In this document: positions 37,501 through 49,600 of the stretch, piece after piece
Position numbering within the stretch: position 1 is the stretch's first letter
How the letters are laid out: every line of letters begins with the position of its first letter
DNA from: Raillietiella orientalis
Taxonomy: Eukaryota
Assembly (NCBI GenBank): GCA_036172245.1
Contig: JAYWIR010000001.1
Span: 5,456,001-5,520,000, forward strand
Reading direction: 5' to 3'
Length of the DNA stretch: 64,000 bases
Program-made: the position numbers and the translations under genes
The notes under the pieces: generated by a model
What the model saw: only the letters and a program-made list of their open reading frames with translations
What the model was told of the DNA's origin: nothing
The model's database searches: none

Positions 37501-40500
37501 CAAATTCCAGAATCCCAGTGGGTGTCGAAGCGCCAGCAAATATTTGAACCTGACAGATGCAACCCTCGAGAATTATCTTTAAGAGGATCCTTAGAATGAA
37601 CTGAAGCGAATCGGTGGGAAAAACCGCGAAACCGTCACCACAAACTACTCAAAGGCAAACGGAGATGAACAAGACTCACTCAGAAGAACTGCTGCTGTGA
37701 AAGCACCCCCATCTTAGAAGTTACTCTCGAAGTGGACAGTCTGGGGCTCAAAAACTGCACCAAAGAACTAGACAATCGGGAACAGAATCCAAAATCCAGG
37801 AAAACAAATAGAAGGTCGAGGATGAGAGGTGCCGTTTCGTGCATTCGTGGGCGTCGGTCGAAATGCTGACTCTCTGGAACGCGGGTCAGCGGCCGATATG
37901 CTGACGAACCTGAAATCGAAACCAGTCTGCTCCCGCATCCGGGGGACCCGGAGCGCTCGAGTTTGAAGGGGAAAAGGGTGAAGGGAGCGGATGCTGTCGC
38001 TCCCGCGTTTCGTGCTCCACGAACGTTGGCAGCGACAAGGCAGCGAGCAGAACGCCTCATCCGCCCGCTCCGCCCGCATCGCAACTCCTGCTTCTAACCC
38101 TGTAGGGCAATCCTGTGGGAGCTGCCGAAGCATTCAGGTTGCCAAAGATGCATCAAGGTGCGAAATGTGGCGACAAACGGAAATGACGACGAAGTTCTTC
38201 CAAGGTGCGCCGTCCAGCACCGACCAGCGCGAAAGAACTCTGCCTGGCGTTTCCGAGCTAGGCCAACGCCTCAGGCGCAAACCGAGCAAACACGGAATCG
38301 GGCGTCGAAGCCTCAAGTCGACCGCACGGTGCACACTTGTTAACGTCATTGACTGTTTACCAGAAAACTGGTTCGTGTCGGCGCTCTGGATCCCGGACCC
38401 GAAAAGGAAACTGATCAAAGGATGCCGTGCATTTGTAGGAAAAGTCTCTTTTTTCCTTTTCCAAGGGGAGAAAAGCAAAAGTCCTCATCTATTAGAAACT
38501 TTTCTGAGTCGCAAAGGCGGAGAGCACCGCGCTACACTACCACGCCCGGCGATCATGACGGTTGGCAGGAAAACTGGGAAAAGGCCAAGGCGATCGAATG
38601 AGAGAGATCACCAAGCAGACAGCAACCTCTGGCTGCTAGTGCTAGCAAGGAAGAAGAGACCGGGCGAGACGGGTGCGATCTGCTTCCATGGCTGCTCGAC
38701 CATGGGACGCCTTGATTGAAGATGACGGCGAACGCCCCCACAGAGGACCGACCCTGCCTCGCTGCAGTTTTCTGACCAGGTCATGCGGTGGCATTGAAAT
38801 CGGTTATTTTCAAGCGGCGCGTCAGATTTGGGGAAGTGGCACGTCCGCCTTCGCATCTGCAAGCGCGCCAAGTGCTCGTGGAACGCTGCATTCACTATCT
38901 GTTTAGATCCGCCTAGCCGAAGAGCACGTGAGAGCACCGCTAAATGAAAGAAGGATTCCATTTACATAAAGCTTCACTCCTGGAGAGACATTATGACCAA
39001 TGAGAGGAACAGTTTGTTTACTGTGATGGCCGTTCTCCGAGAGTGAAAGTCTTTGGGTCGGTCTGCAAGTGTCAAGGAACAGAGATCCATATGAAAAACA
39101 CGGGTTTTGTGAGGTGAGGAGAGGTGGCCAAAGACGCCCATCTTCTTAAAGATGAGCTGTCGAATGGGATGACGAAATGAAATGTTCGCAAGCAGTAAAG
39201 ACACACGGTTGGTTGAGTTTTCCCAGCTCAGGTGGCGCCTGCACACCTCGCTGCAAAGGAGGGGACCCTTCATACAACCTGAGGTGAACCTTTAGATGCC
39301 CACGGATAAATAGGGTTGGCCTCGCCTGCAAGTGGTAAGCAAACGCGCACAGCAAGCTCAAGTCGGATATCTCAGGTTTCCACCTTTCCCCGCTCTGGAG
39401 AGGCCGAGCTGCCCCCCAGCTTGAGTTTGATTCCTCGAATCCACGCTGCTTGGAGAATAAGCACATCGCCAAGTTGAAATGGACAAAAACCTCAAAATCG
39501 AATCATTTCCGCCTAGCAATCGCGGTATGCCAATTCAGCTGTCAACAGCATCTTCAAAGAACATTCCCATTTTTTGTGTACAAAACAATATGAAAATCCG
39601 TGTTTGTATAGGTATATATATACGAATTTTCGCACTTTTTTTATTTCTCTTGCTACACCTACTTTTCACATATATACACACGCATATATATATATATATA
39701 TATATATGCGTGTGTATATAGGTGTAGTAGTATATAAATATAATATAGAGGTAGTATATATACTACTTTTCATATACGTATATATATATATATATATATA
39801 TATACGTATATGAAAAGTAGTATATATACTACCTCTATATTATATTTATATACTACTACACCTATATACTACATACACGTACTAAAATAGTACATAGGTA
39901 CTATACTACTTTTCATATATATATATATATACATGTACGTATGTATACGAATTATATATGCGTGAAAAAGTAGGTGTAACGAGAGGGAAAAAAAAAATGG
40001 AATGTAAAAGTGGTTCACAGTTCCGCCTGCTGCTGCCACGAGTGCTTAGGCGTTGGGAGTGACCACTCTTGGCGATAAAAATTTTGTGTCTTCGATCTTC
40101 AGCAACTGCGGATAGCGGGAGGTCACAACTGGCCATTTCATGGGCACTGCATTGTCTCTTGCGTGCCGCACAGAAACACGCAATCTGTTGACCTTTAAAC
40201 TTTTGGATCAGATGGCATTCGGAGCGGCAGTGCCACGTTTTAGAGGTGTCCGATCGAGCAAAAGAACAGAGGGTGTTTGCAGCAACGTTTGAAAGGACTT
40301 ACGAGGCAAAATTTACGGGCGAGCGTCATTCTGCATGCTCTTTGCAAACGACCCCGGATGCGTTCTTTCTCGGACAGGAGTGATGCAACTCTGCCTTCAT
40401 AGGTTTCCCTCGAATTCAGGATTTCGTCGAGAGAATGTAGGTTCTTTGCATGGACCAGACACTGGAAACACAAAATACACGCACACGCATGCAGTTGCGG

Positions 40501-43500
40501 GACACACACAAAAATGCTTCTAGTATGCGATCTTTGCTGAAACGAAAATATCACATACATAGTTTGGTGATTCCTTTTGCATTCATTTTGCTGTCGAGAC
40601 TTTAAGAGAACATGTTTTCCTTTTTTTTTTTAAAAAAAAAAAAAACTTTGCTGAATATGCAAATCTTAGGTTGCCGAAATCACGAAGTACCACAAGGACG
40701 ACGAGGCATTCGAAGTTACACAAAGCACACACCAAAATTCCAGAATGATTATGCATTACTATGATGTGCTTCCAGAATCAGAGCCACAGTCATTCCAAAG
40801 AGCAAGGAATCATGGCCAATTCGATTCAGGTTCACTGAAAAAAGCTCACCCGCAAGAAAAAAAAAAAATGCTTTTCGTACTTCATAATACGGTCTACAAA
40901 GGAATTGCCTAAGAGTCACTCCTCTGGAATGAAAGTCGGCGTGTGTATCGAACCTGACTGACACGAGAGGAGGAAGACGAGAAGAAACTCCTTCTTTACA
41001 AGACCTCAAACAACACTGATGATAGCCCAGAGGCTAGTTTCTCAATCTGAACCCTCGTGTTCGGTGGCTTGCTTCCCTTTTTTGTTCTTTAGTTTGCACG
41101 CGGCATGACCAAGCAGCCACCGGCAGCCCTCAGCTCAGTTTTTGGTGCCACCCTGCGAGTTCGTGCACCACGCCCACGGATCAGAGTGCTCCACAAATGC
41201 GGACACTGCGATGCGTTCCCACTGGTGGTCATTCCAGACCAACAAGTGAAGTAGACTGCATAGAGCTTCAAGAGTGCATTCCCAAGCACTTTACAGGAGC
41301 AATGATCGTATATGCCAGAGAGGGTCAAAAGCACACACGCATTGTACAGAGTACAGAAAACAAAAACTTGATACGCAGGAAGTTACGGTACTTAAACGTA
41401 CTTAATATCCCATGGACTATACATACCTCAACGCTAGTTATTTCTTCTTTCGTGATTCTTAACCCATCCAGTATCTGCAAACTTTTGCTCTTGTGTATGC
41501 TCAATTCTCGATAATTACACAGCAGTGACACGGGGCAGGGATGGTACATGGGATCGTTAAACCACAAATCCGCTATGGATGATCTGCCGAGGAATGCAAA
41601 GAGACTCTGCAAAACACGAAATTCAAGGGGAAATGTGATCCTGATACAGAAAGGAACTGCTGAAAAGGCAAAGAAAACCTAGCCATATTTGATGCAAGAA
41701 GGTTTGCAGTCGATCTACTCTAATTTTGAAATGATTCCACTGGGATCATTCTTAAGTATTTTGTTTGCTGTTTGCTAAATAGTGGATGCTTCGATCAATG
41801 AGGTAAATCTGTCGTTATGAAAGTCAAATTCTGAATGTTGATACTCCCACGTTAGGGAAGAAGAAAAAAAGAAGGACTTCCAAGGATCTGATTGCACCTT
41901 GGCATGTAGAAGAACCTGACCTGCAAGACAAGGAAGCAGAATTCCCAGTCACGCCAACTTTGAAGAATAGCGAGATGCCACCGATTCATCTTTGCGGAGG
42001 ATCGAACTTTCTCAACTCCCGCGGGCTTTGCATTCCGACGTCGACTCGGAATTCTCTCATTCCCTGGAACGTCTACTCCGAATCACGTTTCCGGTTCCAG
42101 GACGCACCTGGCATGAGACCACGGCACTGAGGCGTCCACAAAGCTGGAGGAGTTCTTCCGCGCCCAGGCAAAGATCGGATTTCCGAATGTGCTTGCGCGC
42201 CTCTGACGACGACGCCTCCCGTCACGTCGGGATGAGAGCACGTTCTTCACAGAGGTCTCGTCCAAGAAAAAAAATTGGACATGCGCTTTTCGCAACTCGA
42301 GCCGTGACACCGTTTGCACCGACAACCGACCTAAGGCAGCTTTAAGCCGTTAGGTTAAGAGAACTGGCAAACTAGATTTTTCGTTTTGCCTGTTCTGAAG
42401 TCGGATCCGCAAAGCAATGGCCGCACGCTGGCACCAAAGACACCCACCCGTCTTTCGACCTCGACCTCATCATGTGCTTCGGGAAAGCCGTACGTGCCGT
42501 TTGCTTTTCCGACCGAGTGGACACCACAAAAAGACCCTGCAAAGCAAGCCTTCCTCAGATTCAGCTACCATGCGACTAATCCCAGGCCACTGAATACAAC
42601 CCAATAGAATCTTAGCCCACCGCATTTCTCGTTTATGGATGTGGCTGACAAGAACATGTCGGATGGCAACTCCCTGTTTGCGTCTTAGATATCGCCGTAA
42701 ACTGGAAAGTTCACAGTTACACATCCGCACAGTATCGTAATTTTTGGTTCCTATGGCGAACCCTGTCTTTTCGTTTATAGCAAGTCAGCACTTGAGGGGA
42801 AGCGTAGGCTGCTTACAAATTTTGGCGAAGGTTTCAACATTCCAAAAGTAGGCACTAGTACCGATATTCATGCGTTCACGGAAGACAGTACACTCAAAAT
42901 GAAATCCAGATACCTCCATATCGTAAACAGGATTGCCAGAAAAATTTAGCAGCCTTAAAGCGGGCAAATTGTAAAGAACATCTTGAAAGTTCAGCTTGTT
43001 ATCTGCTACGTTCAGTTCTTCCAAACTGATAAGAGAAGCTAATGGCTGCAAGAGGAGAGATAACAAAATAGAAAGAAGTGAAATTTTAAAATGCAGTTCG
43101 AGAGAAACATGAAAAGTACTGTTAAGTCTTCCAAATAATTATTAGCCAACGAGAGAACCCTTAGACTTGGAATATTGGATAATGGGATAGCATCTGATAG
43201 GCAGCAATCATTCAGGACCAATTTTCTCAAATCTCTACACATGGATAAGCAAGTGGGTCTATCAAACTTATACCAGTTTAATTAATTTAGACATGGATCT
43301 GCAACTTACTTTCAAATTACATTCAGTGATCCAGAACTCTATTAACTTTGAAGGCACATAAGTAAGATTAATGTTTTTTGGTCCAATGATCATTAAATGA
43401 GTTATACACGAAAATTTTTCGGACTCAAGCTTTATCTTTTCTTCATTAAAATCTTCAATGTCAATTCCTAATTCATCCAATGAATACAACTGATTGGCAA

Positions 43501-43528
43501 CAATTTGTAAATCATCTTTACTAATCTC
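16097..43528 (-). CDS. LRRC9: Leucine-rich repeat-containing protein 9 (LRRC9 / Chlamydomonas FAP234-like): SDS22-type LRR arrays flanking a PARP/ADP-ribosyltransferase-like domain, ~1190 aa modelled; start codon unresolved
   Basis: Phase-compatible exons: 43528-43310, 43266-43120, 43045-42914, 41606-41427, 40461-40303, 34553-34374, 33435-33302, 33252-33075, 32965-32796, 32044-31858, (possible extra exon or exons near 31200-30450, unresolved), 26294-26109, 26044-25442, 24507-24301, 24186-23876, 19585-19446, 19375-19188, 16357-16097 (TAG). LRRC9-like motifs: LIEFWITECNLK, DLWFNDPMYHPCPVSLLCNY, WGGNVSFNE...VRCCEQFV, GVCGVKIVNCTNVRNR, VVLTNSL, VILARVFVGKG, VYPEFIIGY, plus many LxxLxLxxN repeats and a C-terminal LRR cap (RIVPQLEKINSLAVTREEREEA). 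Confidence 0.85.
22119..22600. mobile_element. MITE-like element with ~70-85 bp imperfect terminal inverted repeats
   Basis: 22119-22187 (GGGAAGACAAGAGAATGACCTGCATCTTCGCTA...TCTCGCACATTCAGTTCGCCCATCGAAA) matches the reverse complement of 22517-22600 (GGGAAGACCAAGAATGACCTGCATCTTCACTA...TCTCGCACATCAGTCCGCTCATCGGAAG). No target-site duplication identified. Confidence 0.55.
22605..23405. repeat. Intronic dispersed repeat A, copy 1 (801 bp)
   Basis: Near-identical direct copy at 33485-34285 with a constant offset of 10880; I saw only two mismatches (23077, 23399). Partial copy at 29611-30019. Confidence 0.95.
23582..23830. repeat. Intronic dispersed repeat B, copy 1 (~250 bp)
   Basis: Diverged direct copy at 26440-26695 shares TTCGCxACCTACGCTGTTGCGAxCTCCAGAT, GGTGACCGGATGC, AAGCGAGCTCCCCAACGTCAC, GCTGCAAAAC and GGAGCTAAC. 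Confidence 0.9.
26440..26695. repeat. Intronic dispersed repeat B, copy 2
   Basis: Colinear with 23582-23830, with substitutions and small indels. Confidence 0.9.
29611..30019. repeat. Repeat A, internal partial copy (409 bp)
   Basis: Matches 22717-23125 at offset 6894 with about 3 substitutions. Confidence 0.95.
32655..32768 (-). repeat. ~110-nt conserved intronic element C, copy 1
   Basis: Colinear with 34241-34356: GAGCCCGTCCAACGCxTGGGCTG..TTTCGCGTTATACGAGCCCTGTGA...ACGTCAACCTCTGGCT on the gene-sense strand. Confidence 0.85.
33485..34356. repeat. Repeat A, copy 2, running into element C copy 2; fills almost the whole intron 34373-33436
   Basis: 33485-34285 equals 22605-23405; 34241-34356 is homologous to 32655-32768. 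Confidence 0.95.
35180..37480. mobile_element. ~2.3-kb segment bounded by ~180-200 bp imperfect inverted repeats (non-autonomous DNA transposon, or two inverted copies of a dispersed repeat)
   Basis: 35180-35377 (GAATGCCTTTGGCGCTCTC..AATTAGCAAAGTGCTA..AACAGAACTGAAGA..GTTGATGGTCCAA) matches the reverse complement of 37302-37480. No transposase ORF recognised inside. Confidence 0.6.
39714..39869. repeat. Perfect 156-bp AT-rich palindrome inside a larger foldback (~39645-39985)
   Basis: 39714-39780 is the exact reverse complement of 39803-39869, and the 22-nt centre is (TA)11, itself palindromic. Outer imperfect arms TACACCTACTTTTCAC / GTGAAAAAGTAGGTGTA. Confidence 0.95.
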
Positions 43529-43632
43529 CTAAATAAATAAAATAATACCAATTTACACAATGTTAGTCTTGTGACATGATCAAATCACAATAAAATTAGC
43601 TATCACAGAAATCATTTAAATAAATATCACAG

Positions 43633-46600
43633 CTAGTTTCGACTAAAATTTTTCAGTTTGATTGTTGGGGCAAAAGGCATCTGTGGCATAGGATTGACAT
43701 CATCAGTTTTCTTGGATTTGTTTCCGATGACGGATCCCAATTTATCAAGCAAAGACGGGAACTCAAGCAGAACCGCTCGAAAGTCCTACAGATGTGCAAT
43801 GGAATCAAAAAACATAATGGTAATATTTACTGTGGGGTATAATGAACCAAATAACTGTAATTTTTTCAAGCAGCTCTCATGAAGATTGCGTTTTGAAACT
43901 GAGCTTTCATCCAACTGCAAAAACTCCACAAGCACCGGAAGTACCAACTTCAATATCCATTCTTCTGAAAGAAAAGGAAATATTTTCTCTATATTTGTTT
44001 AAACTAACTGTGTTGATAAGGGCATGCAGATATGAGAGCTTCCATCGCATTAAACACTTCCAGGCAAAGCGAGACTTCCATCTGATCCGAAAAATTGCTC
44101 CTGGCTACAATGATTAAGTAGTCTAGTAGACGAGGAGCGAATTCCAGAATAAAAGGGTATGATAGTTCAGCAGGAAGTTGAAAAACAGAAGACAAAATCC
44201 GGACACAGGCAATGCGGACCACATAGGAGGGAGACTGAAAGTATAACTGCATTTTGTTTATGATTGGGTAAAGCAGATTTGGAATTGAGATAAACGGGGC
44301 ATAGAGCACAAAGACAGCAAGAGAAGCAATTTGGACTTCTTCTTCACAACTAACATTCCCACCAGAAGTATCTAAAAAATAAGGTTCAGTGAAAACAAAC
44401 ACAAGAATTAGCCTAACCTGGAACTGAGTCCAGAATCAGTGCTAAGCTACTCCTCAACAGATTGGACCAGATACCTTTGCAGGCTGGCAGCTCACGAAAT
44501 TCATGCATTACTAGAGTCTTGAGGCAATTAAGAATCGCAGTAAAAGCAGCTGTGTCAGTTAAGCCAGCTATTCCACGAAGCACACCAAGAGTAAGATAAA
44601 GCAAAACAGACAAGAGTTCCAAAGCAGCAGAAGGGGAACACAAGAACAGCAGCCTCTCTATGGCTGTAAAAGAAGCAGTCAACAAGCTATCGACTTCTGG
44701 ACTTAGTTGAATCATGGGAAATCCATGGGAAGTTATTAAAACGGATTCTAAAGAAGGAATGTATCGAACTAGTACATTGAGGCATATCTGAAACAGAGGG
44801 AAGCATTTGGGGACTCATCTTACCACTTACCTGGAGAGAGGCCAAAACTAAGGATTCTCCAGGAACTAGCAGACCTGTGCTTCCTCCTTCCCCCAAAACA
44901 TCTGCAGCATGTGGACTCCCACTGTCAGAAGTATGAGATGCACACTCTTCTAAAATGCGAGATGGCACTAATATCTGTTCCACAGAAAAGGAAAAACATT
45001 CATTTTCTAATTTTTTAATATTTTTCTCAACAGGAAACACTACATTTCCAGCTATTTTGTACCTTCTGTAGCTCGTTTTATCTGTGCTATGTAAGATACA
45101 GGACATAAAGAGAGTAAGTAGACTAACTGACTTGCACTTATACCCAGTAGAATCACACATGAAAACAAACCTTTTTTCAACTGCTTTTGAGAGTCCAGAT
45201 GCCCTTGAGCAGCTGATAAAATGCAACCCACATCTTCCAGAATTATCAGGTGTACTTGTGTACTTTCTTTTGTCAAAAGCAAGCGATGTAAAATGCTGCA
45301 AAGTTCCATAAGAATTACTTTATCTCGTCCAAGCAGTTGACATCCCGTTGATGACTGCAAGAGTATCTGAATAGCTTGAAGGCATGTCACTACGTTATCT
45401 GAAGGCTCAGCAGCTGATGAAGTGCATATAGCCTCCACACAGAGTCCTGAATGACAATAAGTTTGAATCTACATTCCTTCTAGTACCAAATATCAAGATT
45501 AAATGCTCTTCCTTGATTCCTCTTGCTTGCTCAGATACTTCATCTATGGGCTGAGTTTTTTCTGCAAGTAACTTACTATCTTGATCCTTCAACCAGAAGG
45601 TTGCAGCAAGCAAAATGGGTGGCCACGAAGATCGATAGTGAGCTCTGGCATGCTCCATTGTTTCTGCTGTGTAAAACGTACCACCAGAATGAGGTAATTG
45701 CCCAGCGAATTCTGTTGATACAAATTATTATGACGTTATTGTCACTAAACAGTTTACCTGGTGGTAAATTGAGAAGGGCGTAGTCCTTGAGGGCTAACAA
45801 CCAATACTGGGAGAGATTTGTCATTTCTGGAACTACTAACTCAAGAAGATTCTCAGGTTTGCAAACAGTAGTAGAAGCCATCTGCACATTATTTCTCATG
45901 GCTATTACGTATACCTAATTCCAAAAGTGAGAAATAAAAATGCATAAAAATGGGGTACTTAGAACACTTACTTCAGCCCATGCTTTTAAAATCGCCAATT
46001 TTTCTAAAGTAGTAGCACTTTCATTGTATACTTGAATTGGAGAGGTTGCTTTCAACTTGGACAAGGAATGCACCAGCAATGTATGGATTCTAAACATGTT
46101 ATTCATGTCTTTAGCCACTCCACTCCCTAACCACACACTGCACACTTGGCAAGCCAGTGCTGTTACATGTGCAGGTGTTTCAGGGGAGAATGCAGGTCTA
46201 AGTGCAGCTCCCACTTGGGCCTGATACTGCTCCAGCACAACATGACCAGGAAATTCTGGTTCTGGAACTTGAGCAAATTTATCAATGATGAGTTGCAACA
46301 AGCTGAGGCCCTCCAGTTGTAACTGATCTGAGTCACTGGTTGCAGCCATAAATGCCATGCGCACTAAGTCACTCAAATAACAGGTGAAATGAGTGATATC
46401 AACCACAGATAGGTCATTATTTAAATTACTCAAGGTTCTGTCTGTAGTGTTACATGTGTTAAGTAAATATTTGATACACTTAATAGCAAAGACTTTGGTT
46501 TTCCATCTGCAAGGAATAGCTGACTCTGGCGCAGCATCTTGCCTTGTATGAAACTGTTCTTCATCATTGACATCATCCTCATCTGCATCTCCGTGGTCTT

Positions 46601-49600
46601 GATTTGCATCCTTATGGCTATCTAACATGGATTCTTTTGACAATTTAATTTGCCCAAACTTGTTTGCAAGCATCCCTCACCGGAACCACTGCTAAGAACT
46701 TCTTTACACAAGCAAATCCAAAAGTCACAATGAAGGGTTCCAATAGACTGAACTAAGGACAAAAGTGCCATTCGCACATCTCTGAGGAGAATCTCATCTG
46801 TTTCAGTGTCCATTAATTCAAAGAGTCTGTTTCCGAGATTAGACTTTTTTCCAGAAAATGATAAGGGATCCGCATTGTTACTCTCCACACTATTGCTATG
46901 ACGTTTTTGTTCCAAAAATGCGTATTTCCAAACATGATTAGCCTCTTGCTGAATGAGTTGCCTTAAGCAAGAAGCTGCAGCTCTACGTAAGAGCAACTCA
47001 TCACTATGCAGATAATCCTGAATCAAAACAAGATAGAAGCTACATTAAAGAGTCCATTGCACATACACACAACTTGAGCACCATCGGTGGTAAATGGACA
47101 TGTTTCAAGGCAAACATGTGCAGCTGTTGAAGACAGCGAATTGCTTCAGCTTGAACCAGAGCATTCGGGATCTCTTGCAATACTGAACATGCACATAAAA
47201 AATTTGTACGCAGGGTGGTAACTAATGTGCTTGCTCCTAAAAATGCATTAATTTGATGAGGACAATATTAATCCTCACCTTGTAGTTCTGGTCCAATAGT
47301 TGTAATAAGGGCTGCCAAACATTTGCCAATGCCCTGCGCAACTTCTGTGTGAACGGGAGAAGTTGATAGCAGAAGCTGAAGCAGTAATGAGAGAGCTGGC
47401 TCAACATAAGGCAAAAAAACTGGGCCCTCTGTATCTGCTATCAAGGACAAAGAATAAATAGCCCAGGACTGCACGATTGGAGAATTTTTATCCTGAGCGA
47501 GAGCCAGCAAAATAGATACAGATGTACTAAAATGTTGATTGGAACCCATGCTCCCCACACAGTGATGCAACAAGCCAAGAGCCAAGGAATGCCCTGTACG
47601 AGATAAGGCACTACGAGCAGATTTAATCTTGTCAAAACAAAATTGAGCCACTTCAGCAGTAAATCGAGCATCAGCTACAACTTGAGCAAAATGACCCAAC
47701 ACATCTGCTGCTACAGCTCTCAATACTGCATTGTTATGAGATAGGGAAGGCTAAATAATAATTAGAGCTATTGTTACAAAAAGGGTAATAATTACTAGCA
47801 GCAGTTCTGTTAAAGGTTTCCGGATGTCATCCAAGGATGGCTTTATTTTCATTTCTGCAGCATTTCGGAGGCCAAATGCAAGAGCGACATATATGTTCAT
47901 TTTAAGGACTTCCTGTCTATGGGCTTTGGCCTGCTTTCAAACACAGAATTATAGCCATAAAAAAAAAAAAGTGACCTGTTTGATGCATTCCGCGAAATGG
48001 TTTAGAATCTGACAACGGTGTTTGCAGGCTATCCGCGGAAAAATTGTTCCAAACAACTGAACTGCTGTATCAATAATGACCACACCCAAAGGCAAAGTGC
48101 CTCTGTGCCACTGCTAAAATGCAATGGCAATTCTACCAATTTTCCAACATTATTCCATTTACCCCAGGTAACTGAAGATACAGCATTGCTGTGTCATGTT
48201 GCAAAGAACCAGCACCTGCAGCACAGCTTGGTTGAAGCTGGAAACAAGTTATCAAAACTATTTAACATTAGTCATTTTTTACCTGTTCTTCAATGACAGA
48301 ATAATCAGACTGGAGCAACCAAGAACCCAACATAGGCACCTGGCCCTCGTGGCATATGGTACTGAGCAATGAAGTGCTGTAATTCCCTGGATTGTCAGCA
48401 AGCGTAAGGTCGGCAATTAACAGTCTCAACAAATTGGTGTAGGAACCTATAGAACAAATGAGTGATAAGGTTCAACACCATACTGACCTTCAAACAAGTG
48501 TGCAGGTATTTTTGAGAAAACTTGATAAAGTTTCTGCTTCACAGAGATGGATGATGCTTGCGTCATCTGTTTATAATTACGGATTACAGAAGCAATGCTA
48601 ATGAATATCGTATTATGCATAAAAGTATGTTCCTGATAAAATTACCCAGTCAGCATCATTAAAGCACTTTCTACAGGGAGAAGGAGTCTACGAACTGTAT
48701 CATCAGTAGCCAAGTCAGGGCAGTTGGTCAAAAAGGCCAACATTGTTGCCAGTGCACCAGTCCTACTTTCTAAAGTTACCTAGAGAAATAATGAAATGAA
48801 AACTTCAGAGGATGATTACTAACCTGCCAAGTGAATCCATCGCCCCGGGATATTTCAGAGTCCAATTCTTTGGTGGAACAAGGAAACGCATTTCTCCACA
48901 AAAGAAGCATCCGAGGCAACAATCCTTTGACCACAGGCGATCCAAGAAGCAAGACACCTCCAATAAGCTGCCATCCACTTTGGGTCCGTACCAATGACAT
49001 GCGACTGTTTTGATTTGCACTACGTAATAGTTCCTCTGCTATATTAAAAAACATCTACAAAGTCTATAGTTGTAAAAGAAACGAAAACGTTTCAATGAGC
49101 ACCTTTCCTTTAGAGTGTGGTATGCCTAAGGGTGTATAGCGTACACCACCCAATACAGCAGATATACAATAACTGTACCCTTGTACAGCTTCTGTATTCA
49201 GTTTCAGTTTCTCTAAATTATCAGCACACCTGGACACTTGCTTAGCAAAAAATTGGCAAAGGAATGCAAAGAGCTACCTCTCCAGAAGTGCACTAATGCA
49301 TGAAGGTACAGCAACACCTATAGATCTCAGACAACTTGCGGCAACCAGACGCACAGCAAACAGAGGATGGGTAAGAGCAGACATCAGCGTCTCTAGAAAT
49401 CCTGTAATTGATACGTAATATGAGCTTGCAAAAATATATCGTACCAACTGAGTTATCAGTTAGCAAAGAAGCTGCTACCATTCCTAGAGATTCTACTAGA
49501 CATGCCAATTCTTCCATAGCACAAACTAATGCATACTGAGAAGGGCCATTTTCACCACCTACATCCTTGTTTTCTCCTAGATTATCTTTAGAGATCCTTC

